In this document: piece after piece, positions 53,367-62,743 of the stretch
Numbering within the stretch: position 1 is the stretch's first letter
How the letters are laid out: each line of letters opens with the position of its first letter
From: Oscillospiraceae bacterium
GTDB lineage: Bacteria > Bacillota > Clostridia > Oscillospirales > Acutalibacteraceae
NCBI GenBank assembly: GCA_031280825.1
Contig: JAITGE010000011.1
Span: 115-64,114 of the forward strand
DNA: 64,000 nt
Direction of reading: 5' to 3'
The notes under the pieces: model-generated
What the model saw: the letters and a program-made list of their open reading frames with translations, nothing else
Told to the model about the DNA's origin: nothing
Databases searched by the model: none
Made by a program: the position numbers and the translations under genes

Positions 53367-54235
53367 GCCGTGACCTCCGCCCAGCGGGTAAGCTCGCCCA
53401 GGTAAATCCTCTTGATCTGCTCCATGGTCAGATCGCTTACGTTGCTTTCGCGGTTCACAATCACAGCGATGCCATCCTTTGCGATAAAGGTCGCCGCCGC
53501 ACCCCTTTCTGTTTCGCTGCTCTTCAACTCGCGCGAAGCCATACCAATATCCGAACGTCCTTCCAGCACATCCGTCACACCCATCGTGGAATCGCTTCCG
53601 CTCACCTGCACCTTGACGCCCGTTCCTGCATACCGCGCCATAAAGCCCTCGGCGAGCTTTTCCATCAACGGCGTCACAGAAGAAGAACCGGTTACCGTGA
53701 TTGTCTGCTTCCGCAAATCCGCAGGCGCCGCGTCCGCCAACGCACGCGGCGCGTCAATGCTCACGTAGCCGTTGCCGATCACAAGTCCCTGCCCTTCCGT
53801 GCTGAGTACATACTCCAAAAACGCCTTCGCGGCGGGCTTTAGTTCGCCTTTCGTCACCACATGAAACGGGCGGGCAATCGGATAGCTACCATCCCGGATC
53901 GTGTCAATATGCGGCGCAACACCATCCACCTTCGCCGCCCTGACCGTTCCGTTCAGCGAACCCAACGAAACGTAACCGATAGCATTCATATCCCCCGCAA
54001 CCGTGGTAAGCATTACATTGGTGCTGCCGGTTACCTCTGCGGTGTCTACCGTATTGTCATACTTTTGACCGTTTTCATCCTTGCCCTCCAAGCCGGTCAG
54101 TTCGACGAACGCGCCACGTGTGCCGGAGCTTTTCTCGCGGGTCAGAACATAGATGCTGTCATCGCTCTTTGCGCAGCCCGCCGCGCCGGTGAGCAAAACC
54201 GCTGCCACAGCAAAAATCCCCAGTAATCTCTTCAT
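53363..54235 (-). CDS. pstS: Phosphate-binding lipoprotein PstS
   Basis: 290 aa from MKRLLGIF. Lipobox LTGAAGC, and SGSSS/GSDST phosphate-binding segments. Confidence 0.9.
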   Translation of the reverse strand: MKRLLGIFAVAAVLLTGAAGCAKSDDSIYVLTREKSSGTRGAFVELTGLEGKDENGQKYDNTVDTAEVTGSTNVMLTTVAGDMNAIGYVSLGSLNGTVRAAKVDGVAPHIDTIRDGSYPIARPFHVVTKGELKPAAKAFLEYVLSTEGQGLVIGNGYVSIDAPRALADAAPADLRKQTITVTGSSSVTPLMEKLAEGFMARYAGTGVKVQVSGSDSTMGVTDVLEGRSDIGMASRELKSSETERGAAATFIAKDGIAVIVNRESNVSDLTMEQIKRIYLGELTRWAEVTA

Positions 54236-54298
54236 CAATTCAGTATCCTTCCCATCTCTCATTCTTCCAAAGTATATCCCGCTAGCAGGGACACGTCC

Positions 54299-54327
54299 AT
54301 TGTAGCGGCAAGCCCATCAAAATGCAA
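54299..54327 (-). promoter_or_regulatory. Candidate sigma-A promoter of the pst operon
   Basis: Minus strand: TTGCAT, 17 nt, TACAAT, about 60 nt upstream of the pstS ATG. Confidence 0.6.
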
Positions 54328-54362
54328 GAGGGTCGCACGTGAAAATAATTCAAAAAGGATTT

Positions 54363-55658
54363 TTACACCCTTTCTGTACACTTTGCCATGAAAATCGCAC
54401 GCAATTCTCCTGCCAGAAAGAAGGATCCGCACACCACCAGTACAGCGCCGGGATCCTCTGCCTGCAGTGCCAATACCGCCCGCGCCGCAGCGACAGGCTC
54501 GTCAATCGCCCGCGCCTCCCCCGCCCCGGCTTGCGCGGCCGCAGCCAACAGCTTATCCGTCTCCATTGCCCGCACCCCGGCGGGGCGGCAGGCGACAAAA
54601 ACAGAGGCAAGCGGAACAATATGCTTTAAGTATGCCCCAATATCCTTATCCGCCATCATGCCGCAAAGCACGAGGATATGCCGCCCCGGCCAAAACTGCC
54701 GCAGCAGCGCGGCAAGCGCTTGCCCTGCGTCCGGATTGTGCCCGCCATCAAGCAAAACCGGCGGTTCCGCGCAGAGCAGCTCCATTCGCGCGGGCAAACG
54801 CGCCGCGGCAATTCCCGCCGCAATCGCCGCTTCCGGCAGCTCCAGCGCACCCAAGCTCCCGAGCAAACGCGCCGATGTAACGCAGGTCAGCGCATTGCGG
54901 CACATGTGCGCACCCGCAAAGGGGACACGCACCCGCAGCCCCGCCAGCAGCGCGCTGCTCCCGCCCGGATCTGCCGCAAGAATCGCGCACTCGCGTTCGT
55001 TTGGAATAACCAGCGGGCAGCCAAGCCGCGCCGCCGTTTCCTGAATCACATTATAAGCTTGCGGCGGTTGCTCGCAGCAAGCAATCACCGCGCAGCCGGG
55101 TTTGAGGATACCGCACTTTTCCGCCGCAATCTCTTCAACGGTGTTGCCCAGCACCTGCGTGTGATCCAGCGATATTTTTGTGATCACGCTACAAAGCGAC
55201 GCTTCTATGATATTTGTTGCGTCCCAGCGCCCGCCCAACCCGGTCTCCAGCACAACGCAATCGCATTTCTGCTCCGCAAACCAAGCAAAAGCAAGCCCTG
55301 TGACGAATTCAAACTCTGTTATTGCCTCCGGAAGATTCGCCGCCAAGGCGAACCCACGCGCCGCCCAGCGGGCAAGATCGCCCTTCGGGATCATTTGCCC
55401 GTCAATTTGCATTCGCTCGCGAAAATCCAGCACATAAGGAGAGGTATACAGCCCCGTCTTATATCCGGCGGCTTGCAGAATCCCCGCCAGCATTGCGCTG
55501 GTGGAGCCTTTGCCGTTCGTCCCCGCAACGTGGATACAGCGCAGCCTTCGCTGCGGGTCGCCCAGCGCAGCGCAAAACGCGCGAACGCGCTCCAGCCCCG
55601 GCTTTATGCCGAAACGCTCGAGCGCGTGTATTTTTGCAAGAGCCTGCGCGTATTCCAT
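54363..55658 (-). CDS. folC: Folylpolyglutamate synthase / dihydrofolate synthase
   Basis: 431 aa. P-loop HVAGTNGKGST; Mur-ligase architecture. Confidence 0.9.
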   Translation of the reverse strand: MEYAQALAKIHALERFGIKPGLERVRAFCAALGDPQRRLRCIHVAGTNGKGSTSAMLAGILQAAGYKTGLYTSPYVLDFRERMQIDGQMIPKGDLARWAARGFALAANLPEAITEFEFVTGLAFAWFAEQKCDCVVLETGLGGRWDATNIIEASLCSVITKISLDHTQVLGNTVEEIAAEKCGILKPGCAVIACCEQPPQAYNVIQETAARLGCPLVIPNERECAILAADPGGSSALLAGLRVRVPFAGAHMCRNALTCVTSARLLGSLGALELPEAAIAAGIAAARLPARMELLCAEPPVLLDGGHNPDAGQALAALLRQFWPGRHILVLCGMMADKDIGAYLKHIVPLASVFVACRPAGVRAMETDKLLAAAAQAGAGEARAIDEPVAAARAVLALQAEDPGAVLVVCGSFFLAGELRAIFMAKCTERV

Positions 55659-55662
55659 CGCG

Positions 55663-56358
55663 TCAACCGACTGCGGGCAAGGTCGCCGGTTCGGGATAAA
55701 CGACGCCGAAGGTTTCTGCCGTCACACTTTTGATTACAACAGGTGTGATAAGCCTATCCGGCTGTTGCGCGCCGGGGGAGCTATAGGTCACCGGACTGGT
55801 CGCAATCGCGTCCACGACATCCATTCCCTCAATCACCTTGCCAAAGGCAGCGTACTCATTATCCAAGTACCCAGCCGCACCGTGCATGATAAAAAACTGG
55901 CACGAAGCGGAATCGTACAGCCCATTTAACCGCGCCATGGAAAGCACGCCCTGCGTATGCGAAATATCGTTCTGCGCAAAGCCGTTGTTCTTCATTTCGC
56001 CCTTGATGGAATACGGAAAGCCCTTGGACGTTCCGTCGCCCGTGGGGGAACCGCCTTGGATCATAAAACCGCTCATGGCGCGATGAAAAACCTTGCCCGC
56101 AAAATAACCGCTGTTTGCGAGGCTGATAAAATTGCTGACGGTGTTAGGCGCTTTTTCAGGATAAAGCTCCGCGACAATCCTTCGCCCGTCCTCCAATGCA
56201 ATCGTCACGCGCGGGTTGGTGGTGATTTCGCCCAATGTAATGCCCTCCCCTGTTGATTGTGTGGTTTTTGTATCCTCCGTTTTGCCGCAACCGAACAGCG
56301 CGGCAAGCAGCAACGCGGTGCAAAGCAACGCAAAAACACGTTTGCCGGTAACTCTCAT
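55663..56358 (-). CDS. Cyclophilin-type peptidyl-prolyl isomerase, lipoprotein
   Basis: Lipobox LFGCG; FHRAMSGFMIQGG; FFIMHG. Confidence 0.9.
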   Translation of the reverse strand: MRVTGKRVFALLCTALLLAALFGCGKTEDTKTTQSTGEGITLGEITTNPRVTIALEDGRRIVAELYPEKAPNTVSNFISLANSGYFAGKVFHRAMSGFMIQGGSPTGDGTSKGFPYSIKGEMKNNGFAQNDISHTQGVLSMARLNGLYDSASCQFFIMHGAAGYLDNEYAAFGKVIEGMDVVDAIATSPVTYSSPGAQQPDRLITPVVIKSVTAETFGVVYPEPATLPAVG

Positions 56359-56518
56359 TTTCCTTTTCCTGCTTTCCACAGTTTATTTCACGAACATATT
56401 ATACAAAACCCGCGCCGGGAAGTCAAGCAAATCTTTCCACCACAGTCCTGCATATTTTGGCGCGGCTACGTTCAAACTACCCATACACCCGGAATCATAC
56501 TGCAAGGAGATGAAACGA

Positions 56519-56734
56519 ATGTTAGACCGCATCGCGTTGGTATTGGTCGTCCTCGGTGCGCTGAATTGGGGCAGCATCGGGTTGTTTCAATTTGATATTG
56601 TGGCGTGGATTTTTGGCGGGCAGGGCGCAATCGTCAGCCGCATCCTTTACACGCTGGTGGCTCTGGCCGGTATCTGGTGCGTTTCGCTGCTTTTCCGCGA
56701 ACGCTCTTTGCTGGAAGGTCAGGACGAAACCTAA
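56519..56734 (+). CDS. DUF378-family small membrane protein
   Basis: 71 aa (LVVLGALNWGSIGLFQFDIVAWIFG). The second ATG lies 9 nt after AAGGAG. Confidence 0.8.
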   Translation: MLDRIALVLVVLGALNWGSIGLFQFDIVAWIFGGQGAIVSRILYTLVALAGIWCVSLLFRERSLLEGQDET

Positions 56735-56752
56735 TCCAACGCAATGATAAAC

Positions 56753-56788
56753 GCAGCCCCGCACTGCGACGCGGGGCTGCGGCTTTTT
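56753..56788 (+). terminator. Rho-independent terminator (convergent genes)
   Basis: GCAGCCCCGC-actgcgac-GCGGGGCTGC (10-bp perfect stem) followed by GGCTTTTT. Confidence 0.85.
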
Positions 56789-56797
56789 CGGCAAGCC

Positions 56798-57946
56798 TCA
56801 ATAATCCGGCGGGTAATTTGGCTCAAGACCGTATCCCTCGTCGTAACGCGACATATCCGCCGCACCATCCACCCACGCGGGATAGGTATGTGTTGTGCGC
56901 ACCGTAGTGGTGGTGGTGGCGGTCGTTGCCGCCGTGCTCGGCGCCGTGGACGGCTTCGCCGTCGCAGGCCGTGTCGTATAGCTATACCGCCCGCTGGTTG
57001 TGGTTGTGACGGTCGTTACCGTTTCTGTGCGCGTGGTTGTCGTCCCCGTCCCCGTGTTGCCGGTTGCGGTCGGCGCTACGCCTGTGCCGGATTTTGTCGT
57101 GCCTGCTGTTGGCAAAACCGGCGCGGTCGTCCCGGCGGTAGGAATGATTTGCGAAGGCTTCGCTGTCGTACGTGTCGCGGGTCGCCCGGTGATTGGTCTC
57201 GTCATCGTTGGAATCGGCAAATGTCCGCTGTCCAGCGTTGGATACGTCACGGTGCCAAGTGTCCAGCGGTTACGCGTGGTCGTGCCGGGTTGCGTGGGCA
57301 CAGGCGTGCCATCCGGCAGCGTTTCCGGCTGAACGGGCGCGGTTTGCCCAGGTGCGAGCGTTACGATCGAAATTGAAGCGCAAACCTCAACATAATCCGT
57401 AACCGCGCCTTTTTTGGCGCACATTTTCAGCGGCGGCGAGGATTCCAGCGGCAGTCCGTCCATTTCCCAGGCAAGCAGCGTGCCGCTGTCCAACGCCAAA
57501 TCCGCCGGATAAACAACGCTTTGCCCCGTGACAGAACGCACCGTCACACTCTGCACCTTCTCCGCCGGAACGCCGACAAAGCCAAGCAGGGAGCGCAGCG
57601 TAATTCCCGTATACGTACGCGTCGTCGCAATGCCGTAAGCGGCGTCCGTCACCGTCATGGCCAAATTGGTGACCGTTTGGCAGAATTTCGCGTCATTGCT
57701 GGTGAACTCGCTGATGTTTGCCCCGCGCACGGCGATACGCCAAGCGTAATTTGGCGCAGTCGTCGCCTCCATCGCGCTCAAGTTCGGGTCGCCTCGGCTC
57801 TCGTCGCCCGCAACCGGCTGCGCACCGGGGTCGCTTGCCGTGCTTTTGCCTTCACTGCGTTTGGTGCAAGCGGCAAAACCCAGAGCAAGCAACAGCGCCA
57901 GCAACAACGCTCCCCAGCGCAGCCGCTTTTTGTGCGGTTTACTCAC
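56798..57946 (-). CDS. Lipoprotein with a globular N-domain and a Thr/Pro-rich C-terminal region
   Basis: GTG start after GGAGGAGG. Lipobox ALGFAAC. Residues ~250-355 are dominated by T/P/A/G. Confidence 0.7.
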   Translation of the reverse strand: MSKPHKKRLRWGALLLALLLALGFAACTKRSEGKSTASDPGAQPVAGDESRGDPNLSAMEATTAPNYAWRIAVRGANISEFTSNDAKFCQTVTNLAMTVTDAAYGIATTRTYTGITLRSLLGFVGVPAEKVQSVTVRSVTGQSVVYPADLALDSGTLLAWEMDGLPLESSPPLKMCAKKGAVTDYVEVCASISIVTLAPGQTAPVQPETLPDGTPVPTQPGTTTRNRWTLGTVTYPTLDSGHLPIPTMTRPITGRPATRTTAKPSQIIPTAGTTAPVLPTAGTTKSGTGVAPTATGNTGTGTTTTRTETVTTVTTTTSGRYSYTTRPATAKPSTAPSTAATTATTTTTVRTTHTYPAWVDGAADMSRYDEGYGLEPNYPPDY

Positions 57947-58082
57947 AAAATCGCCTCCTCCCGGCGGTTACATAGAAAAACCGCCTACCCTTCCCCCTTA
58001 TTATAGCGCAAACGGATACGCTTTGCAATACCTTGTTTGGGACAAAATTGCGCCCTATATCTCCCTCAAATTGCAGGCATTG

Positions 58083-59711
58083 CTAAAATTCCATATTTTT
58101 CACCAAATGCCCGAAGGCTTTTAGCAATGCGGGCGCGGCTTGTGCACTCGCGGCGTTGATCTCCTCATTGCCAAAAAGGACGAAGCTGCGCACATCGTTT
58201 GGCAACAGAATATACCCGCTTTGATCGTTCGTCAAGCCAAAAATGAGCAGCGCACAATCGCCGATCGTTTCCTGCATGGATTGAAGGGCATAGTTCGTGC
58301 CGCGCCAAGCCCGTGCGGCATCCAAACCGCCGCCGTAGGCAAGCGCGGGTTCCAGCTCGCCCGGCACAATCGCCGCCGCCAGGCTTTCGCCAAAGGTCAC
58401 ATAGCCGACTTCCGTCCACAGGCGCATATTCCAGCCAAGCGCGTCCGTCTTTTCCACCGTCGCGCTCACCAGACCCGCGCGGAAGAAAATTATGTGTAGC
58501 GGGTTATCCACCGCAAAGCTATATTCCGCATGGCGAACATTGAGCAAGGGCGTTACCTCCGTTTCCGCCGCCGCCGGAATACCCGTAAGCTTTGCGCCCA
58601 ACGCACGCCCGTAGGCTTGCATCCGCTCAAAACGGTCGTCGCTCTGCGCCCCGCCGGTCGAGGTCTCACAGGTTATTGCCAGCTGCGCCCCCTGGATCAG
58701 CTGAAAATTCGCGCCCGCCGCATTTACGGTTTCTTCCATATAGTATGGAAAATCGCCCGTAACCGCGCGGGGGCTTGCGCCTGTGCCAAGGCAATGGATC
58801 GCCAGATTGCACAGCCATGTTTCTTTTGAACCCGGAGCGCTCGGCACAAAACGCAGCCGATGCGCATATTCGTCAAACACGATTGGCTCGCGCTTGTCAT
58901 GCATGTATTCCCTGATGTTCGTTTTCGAATAATAAAGCGTCCCCGGCGCAAGCGCGGCGACCGCTTCGCGTATCGCCGCCGCGGTCACATGATGCAAATG
59001 CTTCATAAATCCTGTATTCTTACCGCTGCGGGGCGCAAACAAGCCTGTAGCGTTGGCAAGCGGATTAAGGAACAACGCTTTGAGCAGCGGTGCGTTCATG
59101 CCCATAGTATCAATCACACTATGCTGGTGCAGCGCCGAAACATTGATGCTCACAATATTGTTTTCAACGGCAAAATCGCGCAGCAAAGCGCGAATCGCAC
59201 GCACATCGGGCGAAGTCAGCCCAAAGGCGTCAAGCGAAGCGAAAATCACAGTGCCCCGCCCGCTGCCGTCGTTGATAGCGGTCACACGCACCCGCTGGTC
59301 GTCCAGAAGAACCGTCGGCGTTTTTTCATCGATGAGCAGTCGCTGCCCCTCGCCAATCAAGCCTCCGCCCACATAATGCTTGCCGTCAAAAACATTTTGC
59401 CCCTGCAACAGCGACGCGCTCGCGTAACCTACATGCCATTGCGCTTCCGGTAGCGGCGCCCCCAAAAAAGCATCCATCCCGGGGTAAAAATCCGCGCTGC
59501 CCGAATACGCCGAAGGAATATCGAAATTCGGGAACAGTAGCGCGACGCAGCGCAGCAGGGACTTTACCAACGCATCCGCCAAATCATAGAAAAACGCCGT
59601 GGCAGCATCCGGCGGCGCGGCTTGCGCGGCGGATACCGGCATCATGCCCATGCCGCACAGCAGGCAAAGGCTCAGCAACAAGCAGATCAACCGCAAGCGC
59701 AGCTTTTTCAT
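58083..59711 (-). CDS. Secreted protein, neutral/alkaline ceramidase-like N-terminal domain (tentative)
   Basis: 542 aa from MKKLRLRL with a signal peptide. The segments VIFASLDAFGL, VSALHQHSVIDT and IVPGELEP resemble ceramidase-family blocks as recalled. Confidence 0.4.
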   Translation of the reverse strand: MKKLRLRLICLLLSLCLLCGMGMMPVSAAQAAPPDAATAFFYDLADALVKSLLRCVALLFPNFDIPSAYSGSADFYPGMDAFLGAPLPEAQWHVGYASASLLQGQNVFDGKHYVGGGLIGEGQRLLIDEKTPTVLLDDQRVRVTAINDGSGRGTVIFASLDAFGLTSPDVRAIRALLRDFAVENNIVSINVSALHQHSVIDTMGMNAPLLKALFLNPLANATGLFAPRSGKNTGFMKHLHHVTAAAIREAVAALAPGTLYYSKTNIREYMHDKREPIVFDEYAHRLRFVPSAPGSKETWLCNLAIHCLGTGASPRAVTGDFPYYMEETVNAAGANFQLIQGAQLAITCETSTGGAQSDDRFERMQAYGRALGAKLTGIPAAAETEVTPLLNVRHAEYSFAVDNPLHIIFFRAGLVSATVEKTDALGWNMRLWTEVGYVTFGESLAAAIVPGELEPALAYGGGLDAARAWRGTNYALQSMQETIGDCALLIFGLTNDQSGYILLPNDVRSFVLFGNEEINAASAQAAPALLKAFGHLVKNMEF

Positions 59712-59733
59712 AGCATATCCGCCCCCTGAAAAA

Positions 59734-60978
59734 TCACTTTTTCTTGGAATATTTCCGCACGTACACCAGGCGCATAATCGCGGCATCTAAAAACCCAATC
59801 GGTTTGATTTTCCGCGTGAACAAATCCGCCGAAAGTGTGACCGCACAGTTCTTTTCCGTCACAGTCTCTACCGCGCGGGCTTCCTCCTGATTGCTGCCCA
59901 CGCAAAGCGCGCCGTTATTTTCAAGCAACACGGCGCTGCGCCCCTTGAGAGCCTTTGCCGCCAGCTTCGCGCCTTCCAACGGATTGTTTACGTCGAACCG
60001 CGCAAAGCGTAAATTTACGCCCGCAATCTGCGCGAAGTCGTCCAAATAGGGCTTTAACCGCTTCACGCGGTTGCCCGACGCGCGGCGGATATCCGGCGAC
60101 GCAGAATGCACAATCGCGTTGATGCCGCTGTTTTTGCGGTAAATCGCGCGGTGCAGCTCCATTGTTAAAGGTTTTTCGGCAGGGGCTTCGCCCAAAACGG
60201 AGCCATCCCACAGGCGGATATCCAGATAATCCCCCGCCCCGCTTTCCGGCTTCATGCAAAACGCGTCGCCGCTGCGGAAACTCTCGTAAGGCGTCAGCTC
60301 CGGCGCGGAAGCGGTGACCGGTGTGTTTTGCGCGCGGCGCTTGGCCACCAGCGCATGAATACCCTCAAGGGTTTCGGCAAGCTCGCCCGTGGCTTCAAGC
60401 AGCTTGCGGGCAAGCTTCGCCTGGCAAGCCTGCTCCAGCGCGTCGGCGACGCGGAAGGCTTCCTCCGCGTTTTTACCCACGCAAAGCGCCCCATGGTGCG
60501 CCATGAGCACCGCATTGGCGTCGGGATTGCTCTGCAAAGCCTTCGTCACGCCCTTGCACAGCTTACCGGTGCCGGGCAAGCCGTAGCTTGCCAGCGGCAC
60601 GACAGGTCCCAGCAAATCCGCCCACCAGCCCCCCGCGCCGCCCAAACGCAGATCACCACCCATCACGCTAAGGATCGACGCGTTTTTTTGATGGGTATGA
60701 ATCACAAAGCCCACTTCCGGGCGCTGCGCGTAGGCTTGCGCGTGAATCCCCTTCTCGCTGCTGGGCTTCACACCGCCTTCGTAAGATAGATCCCCGATTT
60801 TGACCTGTACAATATCCTCCGGCGTCAGGCGGTCATACGCCTTGCCCGAAGGCGTGATGACGAAGCTCCCGTCGTCCACCCTCGCGCTTACATTGCCCCA
60901 GGTGCGGGCGATAAGCCCCGTTTCTACCAAACGCAGCCCTGCCGCAATGACAGTCTGCCTTGCCTGTATCAGCTCCAT
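59734..60978 (-). CDS. Tandem (double) class II aldolase/adducin-domain protein
   Basis: 414 aa from MELIQARQ (RBS GGGGG). The first domain has GNVSAR..FVITPSG..HTH; the second, more degenerate domain has IVHSASP...LLENNGALCVG. Confidence 0.7.
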   Translation of the reverse strand: MELIQARQTVIAAGLRLVETGLIARTWGNVSARVDDGSFVITPSGKAYDRLTPEDIVQVKIGDLSYEGGVKPSSEKGIHAQAYAQRPEVGFVIHTHQKNASILSVMGGDLRLGGAGGWWADLLGPVVPLASYGLPGTGKLCKGVTKALQSNPDANAVLMAHHGALCVGKNAEEAFRVADALEQACQAKLARKLLEATGELAETLEGIHALVAKRRAQNTPVTASAPELTPYESFRSGDAFCMKPESGAGDYLDIRLWDGSVLGEAPAEKPLTMELHRAIYRKNSGINAIVHSASPDIRRASGNRVKRLKPYLDDFAQIAGVNLRFARFDVNNPLEGAKLAAKALKGRSAVLLENNGALCVGSNQEEARAVETVTEKNCAVTLSADLFTRKIKPIGFLDAAIMRLVYVRKYSKKK

Positions 60979-61058
60979 AGGTACACCCCCATATGTTCGT
61001 TTTGGCTTGTTTAGATTAATCAGAAGAAATCCTGCGCGCATGGCACGGTCAATTGGTT

Positions 61059-62543
61059 TCACGCACCCGCAGGTATCCTTTCACAATTGGCAAAGACACG
61101 CTCAAAGCGATCCAGCGCATCCTGAATCAGTTCCGGCGTGTAGGCTGCGCTCGTATACAGACGGCTGCCCGCAAGCGTCACAATCCCCTCGGCCATATAC
61201 GCCGCGCCCATGTGCTCCATTTCCTTTTTGCGCACGCTCGTCGCCTTCAGCACGCCGGGGATGCCCCAAGGCTTCATCCAGTCAATGGCGTAATGCATCG
61301 TTCCCGCGTTATCTAGGTGACAGATGCTGCCTTGGTTAAACACCACGAAGGGCAGCTTGTATTTCCGCACAAGCGCCTTCAGCCCGGCGGTAAGCAGGTC
61401 GCCCATTGCGCCCGCTTTTGCGCAGGCGTCCGTGCGGTCAATCTCTTCGAGCGTATAGTACCCTGCCACGCAGCTGATAGGCGTAGCCGCCATCGTGCCG
61501 CCAATAAGCGCCTTCTTTACCTTGGATGTGCCGTCCAACCCCGCGCCAAGATATTTCATGTACTCTTTTTTGCCGCCTATGCCGCCCGCGCCGGGATAAC
61601 CGCCCGCCACGACCTTGCCGAAAATCGTCAGATCGGGCGACACGCCGAAATACCCCTGCGCACCCGACATGCCGATGCGGAAGCCCGTCACGACCTCATC
61701 GAAGACCAGCAGCGCGCCGTATTTGCGGCAGAGCCTCTCGACACCCTTGTTGAAATCAAAATCCAACGGACGCGTGCCGCTTTCGGGTCCGACAGGCTCC
61801 ATATATACCGCCGCCGTGCCGCCGCTGAACTTATTCAAAAACAGCACGCGCTCAAGCGAATCCAAGTCGTTCGGGAAGAACTCCTGCGTGTGCTTAAAAA
61901 GATACAGCGGCACGCCGTTCGCCTGCGTGAACTTGCTCCCCGGCACACGGATTCCATATGCCAGCTGATCGCTCCAGCCATGGTAAGCGCCACCCATCTT
62001 AACGATATTCTTCTTCTTCGTCGCCAGCCGCGCCACGCGCGCCGCCGCCATGCAAGCCTCGCTCCCCGAACCCATCATTCGGAACATATCCACGGTCTCA
62101 ATGCTGTCGGCAATCTTTTTGGCCAGCTTATATTCGAATTCATGAAACAGACCCGTGGATGGTCCGCAGGTATCCAGCAGCTCCTTCACCTGCGCGCGGA
62201 TGCTCGGCGGGTTCGAGCCAAGCACCGTCGGACCGCCAGCCTGTAAAAAATCCAAGTATTCGTTGCCGTCGGCGTCCACCAGATAATGATCCTGCGCCTT
62301 GGTGAACACCAGCGGGAAGGGATAATTGAACGCCAGATTGTGCTGCACCCCGCCCGGGATGATCTTGCGGGCTTCCTCCAGCATCGCCTTGGATTTGGTG
62401 CACTTTTTGCCGTAATACTCGGCTTTGTATTCTGCTAGCTTCTCCTTTTTCACCGAATAGATTGGCTTTTGGATTAACTGATCCAGCTCCCGTGTCACCG
62501 CCTTCGCGTCGAGATACGTTTTGATTGCGAATGAACCGCCCAT
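61059..62543 (-). CDS. Class III aminotransferase-fold PLP enzyme (GSA-aminomutase-like)
   Basis: 494 aa from MGGSFAIK (RBS GGGAGGG). MGSGSEA, VFDEVVTGFR, and the PLP-lysine context DLTIFGKVVAGGYP. Confidence 0.8.
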   Translation of the reverse strand: MGGSFAIKTYLDAKAVTRELDQLIQKPIYSVKKEKLAEYKAEYYGKKCTKSKAMLEEARKIIPGGVQHNLAFNYPFPLVFTKAQDHYLVDADGNEYLDFLQAGGPTVLGSNPPSIRAQVKELLDTCGPSTGLFHEFEYKLAKKIADSIETVDMFRMMGSGSEACMAAARVARLATKKKNIVKMGGAYHGWSDQLAYGIRVPGSKFTQANGVPLYLFKHTQEFFPNDLDSLERVLFLNKFSGGTAAVYMEPVGPESGTRPLDFDFNKGVERLCRKYGALLVFDEVVTGFRIGMSGAQGYFGVSPDLTIFGKVVAGGYPGAGGIGGKKEYMKYLGAGLDGTSKVKKALIGGTMAATPISCVAGYYTLEEIDRTDACAKAGAMGDLLTAGLKALVRKYKLPFVVFNQGSICHLDNAGTMHYAIDWMKPWGIPGVLKATSVRKKEMEHMGAAYMAEGIVTLAGSRLYTSAAYTPELIQDALDRFERVFANCERIPAGA

Positions 62544-62743
62544 TTGCTTGCCCTCCCAAATCATGAATTTTAATTCATATTCGCTGTACAGCATTATACC
62601 ATAGATGCAGATAAAGCGCAACCTGCTTGCATGAAGTTACAAAACGTTCATATTTCCTATGGGATAAGTTCACATTATATTCCAAATTCGAATTATTCTA
62701 GAGAAAATTTGTGTTACAATGCTCAAAAGTAGAAATGAAATGA

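Noticed and set aside
54263-54362. PhoP/PhoB Pho-box repeats upstream of pstS.
   Set aside because: Only a sigma-A-like promoter is evident. There are no convincing TT(A/T/C)ACA-type direct repeats at the expected spacing.
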